Assembly: GCF_036321535.1 (NCBI RefSeq)
Contig: NC_087436.1
Span: forward strand, 55,988,001-56,052,000
DNA length: 64,000 nt
Direction: 5' to 3'
From: Camelus dromedarius
Taxonomy: Eukaryota
In this document: positions 61,421-64,000 of the stretch, one piece after another
Numbering within the stretch: position 1 is the first letter of the stretch
How the letters are laid out: each line of letters opens with the position of its first letter
The notes under the pieces: model-generated
The model's input: the letters and a program-made list of their open reading frames with translations, nothing else
Told to the model about the DNA's origin: nothing
The model's database searches: none
Position numbers and translations under genes: made by a program

Positions 61421-64000
61421 TTTTTATTGTAAATATGTGGACCTCAACTCCATATAATGTCCACCCTTTTCCTCAGAGGTTTTATCAATGCCAGAGTGGG
61501 GTGATGGAGAGGGGAAGGCCAGTGCTTAATTTGATCTTGAAATTGACAAACTCTTCCCTTCTGGTGTTAGAGACAATTGTTTTGTCAATTTCAGGGCAGC
61601 ATCTGTCAACCAACAGAACCTGACCTCTATCTGGTAAAAGTCTGTTTTAAAACTGACCAAAGTTACAGATGATATCCAACAGGAATATCCTATTGTTAAG
61701 AACATTCAGGAGAGAGGGAAGTGGGAAATGTGTAACAATCTTCCTTTCAGTTAGGCTTGGAAAATACAGTATTACATAGGAAGAGAAAAAGAGAGCAATA
61801 ATTTCTTCCATGAAAATAAGAAAAATGAAACTGGATATGGGACATTGGAGGGAAATAGAAAACTCTTTCTGGCTTGATGACTAGCTAACCTCCATTACAA
61901 ATAATTAGAAATGCCCAATAAGTGATATGCACAGTGTACATAACTAGGTCGCTTTCATTGCATTTGAAGAAATACCCTACGTAGATCTAATTTTCAAATA
62001 GCTCTATACATGGTGACCATGATATACTAACACAAAATATTTTAATTTATAATGTAATCAACTTTTCCCCAATTAATTTTTTAATCAAATTTAAAGAAAT
62101 TAATAGTGAGTTACTTCTGAGTACTAAGATTAATGAAGACATTCACAATAGGTACTGACTTATAAATTGTATCAGTTCTACACTTTAAGAGCATATGAAT
62201 ACATTATCTGAACATTTTCATGTTTAAATTGCTATTTAAAATGTCTTAATTTTAGTTAGAATTTAGTTTAATTTTAAAGTTTTAATTTTGGCATTGCCTT
62301 TTAGAAACAGAAGAAACTCCTTATTCCTTCATGGAATTTGCGTTTTCCCTACATTTTTAAATTTTAAACCTACAATTTTGAGAATTCCATTTAATGTGGG
62401 AAAGTGTTCTAAACAGAGGTACATCTTTGAGAGGCATTTCATGCAGTTTCTTTGATAAAAGCATCAAATTCTCTTAACTACAAATAAGGATGGAGGAGTG
62501 GTGGGTAGTAATAAAATCTTAAAAACAAAATACAAAGTCCAAAGCACATTATGGGACTTCTTTGGTCTAGTTTTTAACAACTGAAAAATCTCATCAGTAG
62601 TAGTCCTTTTAAAGATTCTGAAATCTTTGAATGATTCATGAGTTGATATTTTTATTTTGCCAGTTGAATATCTGAACATACAGACCCTCCTTGACACTGT
62701 CATTAGATTATAAATCGTTTGCTCTTTTATAACATGTCACAAGTGGATTTAAATACCATTCGACTTGTGCTTTTATATTTGCCAAATAGTACCACTCCTT
62801 AAGCCTTTCAAAAGATTTAACCTCTATTCAGTCAATCATCTTTCTTTTTTCTTCTTTTACTCACTGATCACATGAGTGATTTTTCTTTCCTGCCCTTTTC
62901 ACTCTGGGGCACAACCCTAGACTTAGTCAAGATAACTGACTCCTGCAGTTTTAATATCTCCTTATTGAATTTAGATATCATAGTTTTGATTTAATCATAA
63001 AATGCACCATATATTTGGCATCTTTGGCAGATTCAATTTTTAAAACTAAAAATATGGCATTGTAATTGAAACAATATTAACTGGGAATGGTTGTGGAGAT
63101 TTCCTATCTATCATTTGCTTTCAGATTGTTTATTAATAACAAGATTGGCCTTTAGGTTGGAATATCATTGATCAGCCAGACATCTTTAACCTTGAGTTAG
63201 CAAATTAATGATTTGCAAAGATCTTTGGAGCAAGGAGGAATATGCAGCAAGTTTTGTCAACATTTTAAAAATTCCTACCCAGTTACTAGATGCCTTAAAA
63301 ATCTAGCCAACTTTTGCCCTACAGTACATAGTTGGAAATGAATGCCTAAGCATAACTTAAAAATTTAAAGGAAAGATTTATTGAAAAACATGTGTTTGTT
63401 TTTCATCATTTGTATTACTATCATTTTCTTTTCACAGATTAGAAAATTGTTGAGGTTTAATAAAGCTCACAATCTATCATTTGCATCCACTGACTAAAAA
63501 GTGCATCGCTGGATATAGATATTTAGAAAACCTTCTTTAAAAAGAGTGTACAAGCAAGATAAAGCCTTAATTTGAAATTCAGTGTTTAACAGTCTGTTTC
63601 TAACTTGTATTTCCTGCCATGTTTCCAACCGTGAATTTCTATATAGTAATTGGATTGTTGTACTCTCAGTTTTCCATAGAGGGTTTGTGGTGAGTGAATC
63701 AGGATTTTGGTACATATTCTTTCTGACTGTCTAGTGGTCTCTGAATCAGAACTTAACAGTGAACAAAATGAACTGTCTCAGAAATAGAATGACTATTTTT
63801 CTGATTTGTCCAGTTTTCCACAACAGGTTTTCAAAGTATTCATTAAAATCACACATATTTGGCCTCTTTGTCAAAACTCTGAGTGTTTCTTATCCTTAAT
63901 TCTGCATATTTTTCCCTATCTGTGAACAAATATGATCACTTCTACAAAGTACTGACCCTTTTCCATCTTTAAAATGGCAATGCAGTACTACTGTACAGCA

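Larger units (their letters stand above)
11528..64000 (+). other. UNC5C: UNC5C intron 1 (partial, continues past the window)
   Basis: GT donor at 11528. The expected exon-2 peptide (DDFFHELPETFP...) is absent from the ORF track. UNC5C intron 1 is known to be very long. Confidence 0.9.

Noticed and set aside
1..64000. Novel multi-gene, defence or CRISPR-type system; tRNA/rRNA/snRNA genes; processed pseudogenes
   Set aside because: The window is mammalian promoter and intron DNA. I recognised no such arrays, structural RNA genes or pseudogene-like ORFs, though very diverged ones could be missed without a search.

Overview
Eutherian mammal genomic DNA, AT-rich overall, with one CpG island (~10.4-12.9 kb). 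The island holds the promoter and first coding exon of the netrin receptor gene UNC5C on the + strand: ATG at 11404, a 41-codon signal-peptide region, and a phase-1 donor after 11527. Everything downstream (11528-64000) is the start of the very long intron 1; exon 2 is not in the window. The rest is ancient interspersed repeats (L2, MIR, MaLR/ERVL LTRs, hAT MER elements), microsatellites and repeat-poor stretches that look like conserved enhancers. I saw no young SINEs, and one short L1 3' end looks camelid-like (tentative). I found no evidence for a novel multi-gene system. The most unusual signals are a perfect 18-bp inverted repeat at 52397-52500 and a motif module repeated 4.5 kb apart (40560 and 45041). 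Repeat family calls and boundaries come from recalled consensus sequences and are approximate.
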